A stretch of DNA of 64,000 nucleotides from Diplonema papillatum. Taxonomy: Eukaryota. Location: positions 117,818-181,817 of the forward strand of contig JAPJBO010000158.1 of the NCBI GenBank assembly GCA_030068145.1. The letters are read 5' to 3'. Below the pieces are notes generated by a model that was not told the DNA's origin, searched no databases, and worked only from the letters and a program-made list of their open reading frames with translations. Both the position numbers and the translations under genes were made by a program. Below, one piece after another: positions 31,554 to 42,897 of this stretch (its first letter is position 1; each line of letters begins with the position of its first letter).

Positions 31554-33866
31554 ATGTGGCGCAGGGTTATTGCGGTGGTGGCCGTGCTTGGGCTGCAAGC
31601 AGAAGCAACAACGAAGAATCCCGTGTCGAACGCGGATATGTGCAAGCTCGCGAAGACGCTGGACGGGAAGGTTCTGCTGTCGACCGCGACGTGTTGCGTC
31701 GGCTATGCCCGACCGGTGAACTACCTCTGCCCGGCTAATACCGGCGACGAAACATTCGCGAAGACGACGGCGCAGTACCTGATGGATTGCGATGGGGAAA
31801 TCCCGGACGGAGTGATCATCGCGAAGGGGCCGGGTGACGTGAGCAAAGCGCTTGCGTACGCGAAGGCAGCGAACGTGGCGTTCCGCGTGAAGAGCGGTGG
31901 ACACAGCCAGGCTTGCCTGAGCACGGTTAAAGACGGTGTGGTGCTGTCTTTGGAGTCGATGAAGAAGATAGAGTACATCAACCACGACGACGGGTCTGTG
32001 TTCGTGACGATTGAAGCGGGTGTGACGTTGACGCAGCTTCGGGCGGACTACATCGCGAACAGTGACGTGTACTTCCCGCACGGACTTGACCCGTGGATCG
32101 GTGCCGGTGGACACTTCACTGGTGGTGGAGTGGGCCACCTTGTGAGAAAGTTCGGGTTCGGTTCGGACTTCGTGGTTGGGATGGACGTGGTGCTGCCGTC
32201 GGGAGAGTTCGTGCAGGTGTTCGAGCCGGAGTACGAGGAGAGGCTGACGGGGCGGCTGAGCGTGTACAACGAGAGAGACCGACAGCTCCTGTGGGGCTTG
32301 AAAGGTAGCGGACACGCGAACTTCGGAGTGGTGACGAAGTTCTGGATGCGGACCATCCCGCGTCCGGCGTACGTGGTGCTTGGAAAGTACTCTTACAACA
32401 TCGCGGACAAGACGAGTGTGGAGGAGTACTGGAACTCGATGTGCGGGTACTACTCGAAGGCACCGGCGGACGAGACGGCGGAAGAACGGAACTTGCTTGT
32501 GTGGCCGATGGTGAGCAACAACAGAGAGGGACCAGGGTTCCTGATGCGGTTCATCATCTACTACATCCCGGACAACAACAGCACTGCGCAGGGAGCTCTC
32601 GACGAGGCGACGCCGGTTGTGAACGCGTTCCTGACGCACGTGAACGGGCTGACTCTCCACTCGGGAGGCATCGAGGCAGTGGCTGAGAGCGGGCAGTTCC
32701 CGAATCTGGTAGACCCGAGCGTGAGCCGTTACGCACCGACATGCGTTTCGAGGATCGTTCCGTCGCGGGAAGACGTGTGCAACAGAGACGGGTGGATTGG
32801 GAAGTTCGCTGACTTCATCTACGACGAGATCAGCTTGTTTCCTTCGCGGGGGACGACGCTGTTCACGTACTTCGACAAGTGGGGCGGGGCAGCTTCGCTG
32901 AACGACGCAAACTTCGAGCAGACATCGGTGAACACGCGGAACGCATATGGCACGATTCAGTTCTGCAGAATCCCGTTGAACGTTGCGACGCGGGACACGA
33001 ATGCCATGATCAACGGTGAAGGTGGTACGAAGGACTTCAACGACTCGGTGCTGGCAGATGTGGGCAACGGGTGGTACTTGAACTTCCTTGACACGTTGGC
33101 GACGGAACCCGAGCAAATCTACACCGAGCCGGCGGTGTACCAGCGACTTCAGAAGGTGAAGAACGTTTACGATCCGACGAACGTTCTCGACAGGCCTCTC
33201 GGCGTGCCTCTGCCGGGGTCGGAGTTCTTGGCAGACAGCACCTTGGCGTTGGTCGGGGCTTCGGCACCGACGGGACAAGACTACTGCAAACTCTCTGGCA
33301 CGTTAGAGGGCGCTGTCTTGATGCCTATGATGGGATGCTGCGGCAGCAGCGTGGTGCCGCCAGGCTTTCCGTGCACAGCCGACCCAGCGAACGGGAACCT
33401 GAGCTACGCTGAGAGCCACAATCGCGTTCTGGTCGACTGCGACGATCTGAAGCCCAACGCCGTCATCATCGCCCGAAGCGCGTTGGACGTTACGAAGTCG
33501 CTGAAGTTCATCAAGGAGCGAGACATCGACTACCGCATCCGTTCCGGCGCTCACAGTCAGTCGTGCGCGAGCACGTGCAGTAACTGCGTTGTTATCTCGC
33601 TGGAGAAAATGAAGGGCATCGGCTACGTGACATCTGACACGGGTGCGACGTTCATGGGAGTCGAGCCGGGTGTCGTGTTGAAGGAGCTCATTGCCGACTA
33701 CCAGGACCACAGCGACGTGTACTTCCCGCACGGTCTGGACGCACCCGTCGGCCTCGGGGGGCACTTGGGTGGTGGAGCTGTCGGCTACCTCACGAGGAAG
33801 TTCGGATTCGGCGCAGACTTCATTGTCGGCGTGGAACTTGTTCTCGGGAACGGCAAGTTCGTTCAG
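31554..33866 (+). CDS. BBE-like FAD-linked oxidase paralog 4, exon 1
   Basis: Inside ORF 31416..33908. Start MWRRVIAVVAVLGLQAEA. Almost identical to paralog 1 over most of its length. Confidence 0.87.
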
Positions 33867-34089
33867 GTGTGCTTCTTCCGATGCACGCAAAACTCTAGAG
33901 AGTCTTGACACTTTCCGTGTTGCGGTGTTCAGCAAGCCATTTTGTACTTTAAGGCGACACGCACGCGTGTTCGTACTTCCGTGAAGAGGCACTGCGTTAC
34001 ATAACTCTTTTAAACGGGTCCGTAGCACACACCCAATACTCCGCGTCAGGTGTTACCCATCATTGAATTCCACACCCACTCACACGCAG
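33867..34089 (+). other. Intron (GT..AG, 223 bp) of BBE paralog 4
   Basis: Donor cag|gtgtgc, acceptor cacacgcag|gtctatgac. Intron sequence is also very similar to the paralog 1 intron. Confidence 0.8.
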
Positions 34090-35061
34090 GTCTATGACCA
34101 GGACTACGAAGAACAGCTGCTTGGGTACAGGCGAGCGCACAACGACGAGGACCAAGACCTTCTGTGGGCTGTGAAGGGGAACGCTCACGCAAACGTCGGG
34201 GTGGTGACGCGGTACTGGATGCGCACTATTCCTCGTCCGAGCTACATGGTGAAAGGGTTTTACCTGTTCGGAGTGCAGTCTGCAGTTCACCTGCGCAGCT
34301 TCTGGGGATCAGTATGCAAGTTCTACTCTGTCTCCGACGAGTCGCCGAAGGCCAAGAATCTGATTATATGGCCGTTCGTCCGGTCCGGGAACCAACTGAT
34401 GCTGCAAGTGTTCTACCTGCCCGACCGCAACGACACGGCCAGCGGTGCACTGGCAGAGGCGGAAGAAGTGTTGCACGAGTTCTTGGTAGGTGTGACGGCG
34501 CCGTTGATAACGCAGAGTATCCAGGCCGTGCCAGACAAGATGCAGTTCGCCGACATTTTGAACGACCAGGGCGGACGGACGACGTACAGCTGCACCTCGA
34601 GACTTGTGAGGAAGCGAGAGGATGTTTGCGACAACTGGTCGTTCTTGGACAGCTTCGCTGACAGGATGTGGTACGAGATGGTGAACCCTGTTGTGGACCA
34701 GACGTTTTTCGCGTACTTCGACCCTTGGGGAAGTGCGGCCACGACCAACGACCCGGACTTCGTGAAGTCGTCATTCATGGGCAGGCATGCGTGGGGGACG
34801 TTCCAGTACTGCAGGACACCTGTGGGCGCCGTCACGAGGGAAGCTTTGTGGGCAACGGTTGACACGTTCGACAGTCTGATCGCGTCTCAGATCAGCGACT
34901 CGTGGTACGTGAACTTCCAAGACAGAACGACGACAAACCGGTCGCAGGTTCTGTTCGTTCCGGAGGTGAACGAAAGGCTGCAGACGATCAAAGCGAAGTA
35001 CGACACGACCGGCGTTTTCTCGAGTCCGCTGACTGTCACGTTGCCCGAACGTGGATGGTGA
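34090..35061 (+). CDS. BBE-like oxidase paralog 4, exon 2
   Basis: In frame with ORF 34063..35061. Protein virtually identical to paralog 1 exon 2. Confidence 0.86.
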   Translation, partial: VYDQDYEEQLLGYRRAHNDEDQDLLWAVKGNAHANVGVVTRYWMRTIPRPSYMVKGFYLFGVQSAVHLRSFWGSVCKFYSVSDESPKAKNLIIWPFVRSGNQLMLQVFYLPDRNDTASGALAEAEEVLHEFLVGVTAPLITQSIQAVPDKMQFADILNDQGGRTTYSCTSRLVRKREDVCDNWSFLDSFADRMWYEMVNPVVDQTFFAYFDPWGSAATTNDPDFVKSSFMGRHAWGTFQYCRTPVGAVTREALWATVDTFDSLIASQISDSWYVNFQDRTTTNRSQVLFVPEVNERLQTIKAKYDTTGVFSSPLTVTLPERGW

Positions 35062-35230
35062 TAGGATAACCTATCGTCGAAGACTGAGTTTTTGAGCATC
35101 ACATGAGGATATCATGTCATCGAAACGAATCAGTTGGGAGCATCACATAAACTACACCGCATTATGACCGAAGATAAGGCTGCTTCTCGAGAACTTCTTG
35201 ATCGATGCAGCTACGCTTTGTCCTAAAGGG

Positions 35231-35362
35231 GAGGGTCGAATAATAACACCTGTCGTCGAATACTAAAAGAATTCCGGGTAGCCGGACAGTAGCAGGTTCA
35301 AATAGTGGTAGTGTTTCCAGACCACCAGCCGCGTGTCAAATAATTGTTATTATTCGACCACC
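35231..35362. mobile_element. MITE-like element B with 16-bp TIR gggtcgaataataaca / tgttattattcgaccc
   Basis: TIRs at 35234-35249 and 35345-35359. Internal ccgggtagccggacagtagcaggttcaaatagtggtagtgttt. Followed by the recurring ctaactaagatttccccccc motif. Confidence 0.5.
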
Positions 35363-36633
35363 CCCCCCCTACTAACTAAGATTTCCCCCCCTTTCGTTGC
35401 CCAAGCACCCAACTAAAGGAAAAGAAAGCTAAACAAAGTCGGTGCGGCTGCGCCACGTGAAAGCGTGTGGCGGCCATCGACAGCAAAAATAGAAAAAGTC
35501 AAGCGAACTTTCACTCTAAAAAAAAAAACAAAAAAAAAAAGAAAAATCGCCGGAAACACAAAAAAACAATATTTTGTGAACGCTCCATCCCGCAGGGGAA
35601 AGTGAGGGCTCCACGCACTTCATCATGAAAAAAAAGAGGAAATATAAAGGACGTCGGACGGAATTGTTGCGACTCATGAAAGCGACTGGACAAGGACAAA
35701 TTGATTCTTTCGAACTGCTCTTCCCGCAGCGATGTGGAGGCTGAAGGAGACGGCATCGCAAAGTATGCGGCATTTATAGTTAAGCTGGTCCGTCCCCTCC
35801 TGATAGACTGTGATAGACAGAAGAATGCAGGTCCAGGCAGTTCTATGCAGCTCCAGGGGATAGGGATGTACCTGATATACCGTGGTTGGTGGACCTCGAT
35901 TCGCTTCAATGAGCAGGCAATTCGATGCAGTTCCAGGAGGTAGGGATGGGCCGGCTTATCTCCTCCAATAGTGCATTTTTAGAGTCGGTTCGATGGTCTT
36001 CGAAGCTGCGCGCTTCGAAGTCCGCGTCGTCGCAGCAGACTGCCGAAGGAACCGCGGTGCTTGGGCATTCGCGGCGGTAGGCATGCTTTCCGCTCCTCCT
36101 CAGACGTGGGCCCGGAGCATCTCATGCCCTTGCTGGTCGTTTGTATTTCTGGAAACTCAATGCTGCAAATGCATGGAGCTCGCTCTCAGCAAACAACGAG
36201 AGTAGTGTACACTACCGAACTAACTACCGAACTAAGTTCGACCCCCCCCCCTGCAACAATATCGAGACTCACGTCCCGACCGTCATGAGGGGACAGTTGC
36301 TGTTCAATCTGATCCGGCAGGATCCAATCCTGTCGCTCCGAGAAAGCATCCTATGTCCTCTTGATCAGTCAATCTTGTACCCAAGGTCTTCTGAGCTCAG
36401 GGTGTCGCCCCAGCGTATCCTAGCAGATCACCCAACAACATGCCCTTTAACGATAACGAAACACGGAGAGAGGCAGACCACTCTTGCTGCTCGCACAGGG
36501 GATTATACGGGCTTAGTTTAGCGGTCTGAGAGACCGGAACTCAAATTCTTCCGGTCTGGGGGAAAAAAAAAAAAAAACCACATAGCGTTCGGGTTGGGGC
36601 TTACCGGGTGGGAGCGGTAACGGGAGGGCCAGT

Positions 36634-37440
36634 ATGCCACCAAAGAAGCTACAGCGTGTGGATCCAAAGAAGGAGGGGATTCCCCGGGACATCGCAAGCC
36701 TGTTCGGGCTCGCATCTCGGCAAACAGGACGGCAGACCAACGTCCCGAAAGAGGGGACAAACACGGAGTACGAGCGGTGGACAAAGGAGTCGTACTCAGA
36801 AGTTGAGAAGGCCAACTCCCTGCACGACTTTCTGCACGAAAATCACCCGACCTACTTCCTTTGCGATGTCGTGATAAACCGCGCAACTGAAGGTTTAGCA
36901 GGCTTTACCCGCGTGACACCCCAGACAGTCCAGGCCTATCATGCCGAAGTGGCCACGCCCTACGTTAACGGGCTAATCTCTGACCTTCGTTCGGGTTTGA
37001 AGAGCAACCTGGGTGTCATGGAGGGATTCAGCCTTTTTGACCTGAGTGGGCCTGTGGCTGGAAACCAACCTGAGGCGGTCAGACTTGTTGATATTCTTGT
37101 CGCCCATTACGGCGAGGAAAAGGTCCGACCAACCCAGGAAGGCAGATCCGCACGTTCTCCTCCCTTTCTCAATGCCCGCTTCATTGCAGATTTCAGGAAT
37201 GAGGTTTTTCCCCGAGCCGACGACGAGCACAGATCTGTTCTCGAGGAGCTCAAAACTGTTGCAAACACACTGACTCGCTACAGCTATACCGCAGCCCTAA
37301 AGCTGTTTCTCATGGATGTCACACTGACCTCTCTGTACCCGTGCACAAGCCTCCTCATGAACGCGGCCCTTTCGACACCTCTCGGAACGGCATCGGTTGA
37401 AAGACTGTTCAGTTTGATGAAGCTGATCAAAACGAGGAAA
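36634..37440 (+). mobile_element. hAT-superfamily (ZMYM1/Charlie-like) transposase C-terminal relic; no DDE catalytic N-terminal part
   Basis: ORF 36634..37620. ...LSTPLGTASVERLFSLMKLIKTRKRW matches the hAT dimerisation signature (..(C/S)ER.FS.(M/L)..(L/I)KT..R..). Downstream runs into A-rich junk. Confidence 0.5.
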
Positions 37441-38243
37441 AGGTGGCATACAGCATGCAGTTGCAGCAAAAAAAAAAAAAACACGCCCAGACCGGAACTC
37501 AGGATTTTTTCGAAGCCTCGTATAAACCCCTGTGCTCGCAGGAGGGGGGAAAAAAAAAATAGAACAAACAAAAGGAAAAAAAAAAAAAAAACGGAAGAAG
37601 CGAAGTTCAAGAAAAGTTGACTAGCGATACAGTAATCAGCTCTCCAAGTTTTTTTCTGCTACTAAAATGACCACCCGGCGGAGGAATGACGGAGTGTTCC
37701 AGTCGAAAGGAACATGTGTTGAGCTCGCACGCCACAGGCTGCGCCCGCCGACAACCCCCCCCCGCGCTTTGAATCCTCCGCTGCTGGAAAAAGAAGACGA
37801 GTGGTCGAAAAATGCTCAACTAGAGAAAAAGAAACACAAAAAAAGGGCAAAAAAAAAAAAAAAAAAAAAAACGACGGTAACACAAAAAGAATCGAGACGC
37901 GGGGGCATGCATATGTTCCCGGGTAGCTCAAAAGAAAGCTGGCGTTCTAGTCGCGCGGTCTTCAAGCGCGAGGGCAAGGAACCCACTCTCGTGCTTCGGT
38001 CGCGGACCGCTTTTGACTTCTCCCGCACTCTCTTTTTCGCAGAGGAGAGGCGCGCCCTCCCGCCTCGGTGTGGTTGTGGGGGTCCTGTTGGTCATAGGTT
38101 CTCCTCGCCGTCTCACTGCACGAACCGGTGTGCCTTGACACGGTAGGGCGGCACCTGCAACCGTCGTGGACCCCCCATCACCCGCCGTGTGCGCGATACG
38201 TCCATCTCTTCCTCGTGCTGAAAGGAAAGGGGAAGACTATGTG

Positions 38244-38535
38244 TTTTTTTACATAAGCGCCAGCTTGAGAGGAAATGCTCGACGATGCTGCCAGACAAAA
38301 AAAAACAGAAGGGATCCCAAGTGCTGTAACTACCGAACTACGTGTTGAACGGACGTGAGCTCATGCGGGTCTACCCCTACACGACAAATCGCACAAACAC
38401 AACAGGTCAAAGTCCTGAGTGAGAAAGCAACACACAGCGAAGAACAAATCAGATTGTGTTTGTATTGTACCTCTATATATATTTCCTCCCTTCCATTCGG
38501 AGTCGAAGCAGCTACGTCGAGTATTTCTCTCTCTT
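38244..38535 (-). mobile_element. R1 SINE-like element, copy c (most complete, ~290 bp)
   Basis: gtttttttacataagcgccagcttgagaggaaatgctcgacgatgctgccagacaaaaaaaaacagaagggatcccaagtgctgtaactaccgaactacgtgttgaacgg...ttccattcggagtcgaagcagctacgtcgagtat. Not adjacent to any BBE gene. Confidence 0.5.
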
Positions 38536-39600
38536 TTTCTTCGGTTCGTCTTTGTCACTCCGAGGTTGCAGTTGCACCATCCGCATATCGTCTGAATCAG
38601 GCACCGTGCGGCCACCACGGCGTCTCGGGGAGAAGCGGAGTGGCTTCCGTTCGTTGAGCAATCATCAGCAATCATCATAGACTTGCCCGCCAAGTGTGTT
38701 CAATGGCAGGGTTAGCTTCAACCTTTTGCTTCGACGTCCTGCGGGTAGGTATCGAGGCTATTAGTTAGTGAACATCGACTGGGAGCTTGTACCTGGAGTT
38801 GTCGTTCCCGTAATAGCGCCTGGGGCTATCGGCTGCCTGTTAAGATTCGACGGTGGACGACCGACTGCACCTCAAAGTTGTTTCTACATCAATCCATCTA
38901 AACAGAGGAACGAATTAACACCCGACGCCTCCCTTCCACCCGCAGAGTCCATTCCAAACGTGAGGCTCTGCGCTCGCTTTATCCAATCAATGTCCATCCC
39001 GACATCAAGAGAGAAGCTTTTTTTTGACGTGAAAATCACTCTTAAATAGGGCCTGTCCAAGAAGACGAAGGAATTAACTCGAATAAACTCTTGAAAGCCT
39101 GCGAACACGACCATGTTGTCGGCGCAGAGAACTCTGCCGAAAATTAGAATGCAAGCAACGGAGAAAAATTGTGTCGTTGAAAAAGACGGGTCGCATCGAT
39201 GCCTTCAGCGCACAGTGTTCAGTAAGTGTCATTAGCTTTCACGCCTTTGTTCACCTTCTTTTGCTTTTGCAAAAAGCGGACAAGCGCAAATAATCAGCAC
39301 CCCGTGTCGAGAGGAATCAACCACTTTAGCGTGCTGTGATTGGGGGATGGGGCCGATCGACGGAGGGGGAGGGAGGTTGTCCGGCGCGCAGAAAGCCTTC
39401 TGGCCTGGGGAATCACATGGGGCAACCTCGAGAGTTTTACGACTCCAAAATGGAAACCCTGGCGCTCCTCGGAAAGGATTTTCGGACCACATCTCTTCAC
39501 AGCAGCAAACATGGATCCTTTTTCATGGCAACAGCCGCGGTTGTCATTATCAAAAAGTGACGGTTGGCAGCGTACTGTGGAAATTACCAAAACAGGTGAT

Positions 39601-39715
39601 CAGTCGCGATTGTGAGTCATGGCATTTTCACTATGAAAATCTTTAGTCACAGTCGCGATTGTGACCTTTAACATTTTCACTATGAAAATCTTTAGTCACA
39701 GTCGCAATGCAAAAT
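39601..39715. repeat. ~57-bp tandem duplication (cagtcgcgattgtga..attttcactatgaaaatctttagtcac) x ~2.2
   Basis: Seen directly. Confidence 0.8.
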
Positions 39716-39820
39716 TTTGCTTTACCTTGGAAGATCTTCGGGGGAGGGTCACGGCCTGGCACGTTGCATTTGCGTCCACAAAAACCTTCGCTCTTTACCC
39801 TTTACGAACGGGGGACGTAT

Positions 39821-40006
39821 CATGCAGGGTCAAAACCTTGCGTCTTTTTTAAACGCTGCCGCGAGGCCGCTGGCCCCCCAAAAAATGGAAAAACTTGCTC
39901 AACTTCATCAAAAATTACTGCAGTGTTTGTTCCAAAATTTTAAAATTTAAAACCCCAATTTTTTTCCGGAAAAAAATGGGTGGCCATTTACCAAAAAGAC
40001 ACAAGG
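39821..40006. mobile_element. MITE-like element A, second (internally deleted) copy
   Basis: Same termini (catgcagggtcaaaaccttgcgtctttttt ... aaagacacaagg) and shared internal blocks (ccgcg.ggccg.tggccccccaa; aaaaccccaa.tttttcc.gaaaaaatgggtggccattt). Confidence 0.45.
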
Positions 40007-41169
40007 TGCGTGATGCTATAGCCGGTATTTTTTTGTTTGTGCGTACGTGCCACTATAGAATTTTCCTGGTAAAATGCCTCGTGCGACTGTGACTAAAGAA
40101 GGGGAGCAGCCCCCCCCAAAAAGATAAGCACGGCACCTCCCATCCCCTTTAACGAAGCAGTATTTGGAAAGTTAACTTGTGTACACTTTCTGCAGGCCGG
40201 GTTCCCGAAGGGAAGAAGGACCGCCTTCATCAAATAAAGCTTCCCCTCTCCAGAGTAAAAAAGAAGAAGAAGAAAAAAAGAGTATCGATCGAAGGACCAA
40301 AAGAGGAAGAAACCAACAAACAAAGCTCTCTCTCTCTCTTTGCCCTTTCGTTTTCAACCTCACCCACCTCCTTCTCATCCTTTCATCCACCCGTATGTTT
40401 CCTCCCTCGATTTCTTTTTACCCACACACTTTACGTGAGCTCTCGCCTTCAAGCATCTCACTTCATAACGCACCCAGACACACCCCTCTCTATTTTGAAC
40501 GAATATTTCGACCGGATCTTTCGGCCGGGCAATTCTTAAAAAAAAAAAAAAATTGCAGCAAATTGTCGAACCGCGAACTCTCCGCCCGTGCATTCGTTTC
40601 GGCGCACGAGAGTTTAAGGGATTCGGGCGATCGCGGGATAGCCTTTTTTGTTGTTGGGGGGGGGGGGGGGATTTTTTTTTTTTGACACCCGATATTGATT
40701 TTCTTCAAAGATATTCTAACCCCGCCTGTACTATGACTTACCGGATCTATAGCGGCTGCAGCTACACCTTGCAACCGCCAATTGCACCGCATACGAAACA
40801 AGTCGCTCCCTAGGAGCAAGCCAATCATCGTCGTATTAAGGAGATGGTAAAGGAGGAAGCACGAGCCACGTAGTCAGCTTTATGTCTCACCCGATCCCGT
40901 CCCCAAGTTCAACTTTCCTATTTCTTCTCTGCTTTTCCTCAAACGCAAACAAAACAAACATACACACACATACACACATGCATACACAAACACCCTTTTT
41001 CATCGCTCCGCACCCATTCTGTTTGAGGGAACAGCATCTTCCTAGCTCAATCTTCTCCTCAAGCCTTTACCGTGCTCGATCTTCGGCAGTGCCAGCGAGT
41101 ACCCGGAAGCTGCCCAAAAATGTGCCAGCTTCGTCACCTCACGTGGTATGTTGACCAGCCAAACGGGCA

Positions 41170-42720
41170 GTCCCATGTATGCACGGTGAGGTCCAGCGTG
41201 TGGAGCGGGACTCCGAGCGCTGCCACGTTGTTCACAAAGCCCCACTGAGTTCCTCCCGGACGAATCCTGCGCACCCAGCTCTCGACGCACCGTTGGCGAA
41301 CCGTCCACAGCTATTATCGCAACCGCGCTGACCTTTTCGAGAGCACAGCAAAGCAAGTCGAAGGGTGTTCCAGCGGGAGCGGAAACGAAGCTGCGGCCGC
41401 TGCAAAACGCGGGAAGCGACGTGGCCACCTTCCCTTCTTCCGGAAGGAACGGTTTCCGGAGGAAGCCCGGCACCGCCGCCGAGCTGCACGCCAGCGCCCG
41501 ACTTCGGCGGCCACTCGCAGAGTGCGCTGCCCGTGGGCTCCGTGACCGGAGGCAGGTCGTCGGTCGTCCAATGGACGCTCGTGTAGGGGTCCGCCAGCCG
41601 GACTGCGTACAGAGAAGACGTTCGGCGTTCCGCCGCACGAGGAGCCCGAGACAAGATGTGGCTGGCTGCATGTGGAGCAGGACTCCGAACTGCCACGTTG
41701 TCCACACAGCCCCGCTGCGGTCCTCCCGGACGAATCCTGCGTGCACCCAGCTCTCGTCGCCGATGGCGGACCGTCCACAGCTTTATCGCAACCGTGCTGA
41801 CCTTTTCAAGAGCACAGCAAAGCATGTTGAAGGGTGTTCCAGCGGGAGCGGAAACGAAGCTGGGACCGCTGCAAAACGCGGGAAGCGACGTGGTCACCTT
41901 CCCTTCTTCCGGAAGGAACGGTTTCCGGAGGAAGCCCGGCACCGCCGCCGAGCTGCACGCCAGCGCCCGACTCCGGCGGCCACTCGCAGAGTGCGCTGCC
42001 CGTGGGCTCCGTGACCGGAGGCAGGTCGTCGGTCGTCCAATGGACGCTCGTGTAGGGGTCGCCAGCCGGACTGCGTACAGAGACGTTCGGCGTTCCGCCG
42101 CACGAGGAGCCCGAGACAAGATGTGGCTGGCTGCGTGTGCAGCGGGACTCGTTACGGAGCCGAGCGCTGCCACGTTGTCCACACAGCCCCGCTGCGTTCC
42201 TCCCGGACGAAAATCCTGTCTGCACCCAGCTCTCGTCGCACCGGCGGACCGTTTTCGAGAACACAGCAAAGCAAGTCGAAGGGTGTTCCAGCGGGAGCGG
42301 AAACGAAGCTCGGACCGCTGCAAACGATGGGGCCACCTTCCCTTCCTTCCGGAAGGAACGGTTTCCGGGGGACGCCCGGCACCGCCGCCGAGCTGCACGC
42401 CAGCGCCCGATTCGGCGGCCACTCGCAGAGTGCGCTGCCCGTGGGCTCCGTGACCGGTGGCAGGTAGTCGGTCGTCCAATGGAACCTCGCAGCATGCCAA
42501 GGCCCCCCTGGCCCGGCGAGATCCCTCAGACGTAGGGGTCTGCCAGCCGACGGCACCCACTGCGGTGCAGAGAAGTTCGGCGTTCCGCCGCACGAAGAGC
42601 ACGAGACAAAATGTGACTGGCTGCGTGTGGACGGGACTCGCCTGCCACGGTCCACACAGCCTCGCTGCGTTCTTCGCGGACGAATCCTGCGAGCACCCAG
42701 CTCTCGTCGCACACAGTAGA
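41170..42720. repeat. Satellite-like tandem repeat, ~445-470-bp unit x ~3.3, ending ~180 bp upstream of BBE paralog 5
   Basis: Unit landmark gaga(g/a)cacagcaaagca(a/t)gt(c/t)gaagggtgttccagcgggagcggaaacgaagct at ~41339, ~41808 and ~42253. Unit contains ...gacaagatgtggctggctgcatgtggagcaggactc. ORFs 41232..42755(-), 41421..42014(+) etc. are repeat artefacts. Confidence 0.7.
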
Positions 42721-42861
42721 AACAGTCTATTAGTTAAACCACAAAATTCAACCACCTGCCCGTCTTCCCTTGACTAGAGTTTCCGAAAACCACCTGGGTC
42801 ATGCCGATGGCTGGTGTTAATCCCGGTTCTAAGACTGAAACACTCACCTCAGCTTTTTCCG

Positions 42862-42880
42862 TTTCGCAAAGTGCCAAACG
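42862..42880 (+). promoter_or_regulatory. Conserved upstream motif variant (tttcgcaaagtgccaaacg), 18 nt before the ATG of paralog 5
   Basis: Degenerate copy of the motif. Confidence 0.22.
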
Positions 42881-42897
42881 ATCGAATTTTACGCAAC

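Noticed and set aside
36634-37620. Treating ORF 36634..37620 as a complete intact gene
   Set aside because: Only the C-terminal hAT dimerisation region is recognisable. The N-terminal catalytic part is missing and the 3' end runs into poly-A/low-complexity sequence. Called a relic instead.
41232-42755. 507-aa and other large ORFs inside the 450-bp satellite
   Set aside because: Periodic repeat artefacts with Arg/Ala/Pro-rich composition. No start-codon context or domain.
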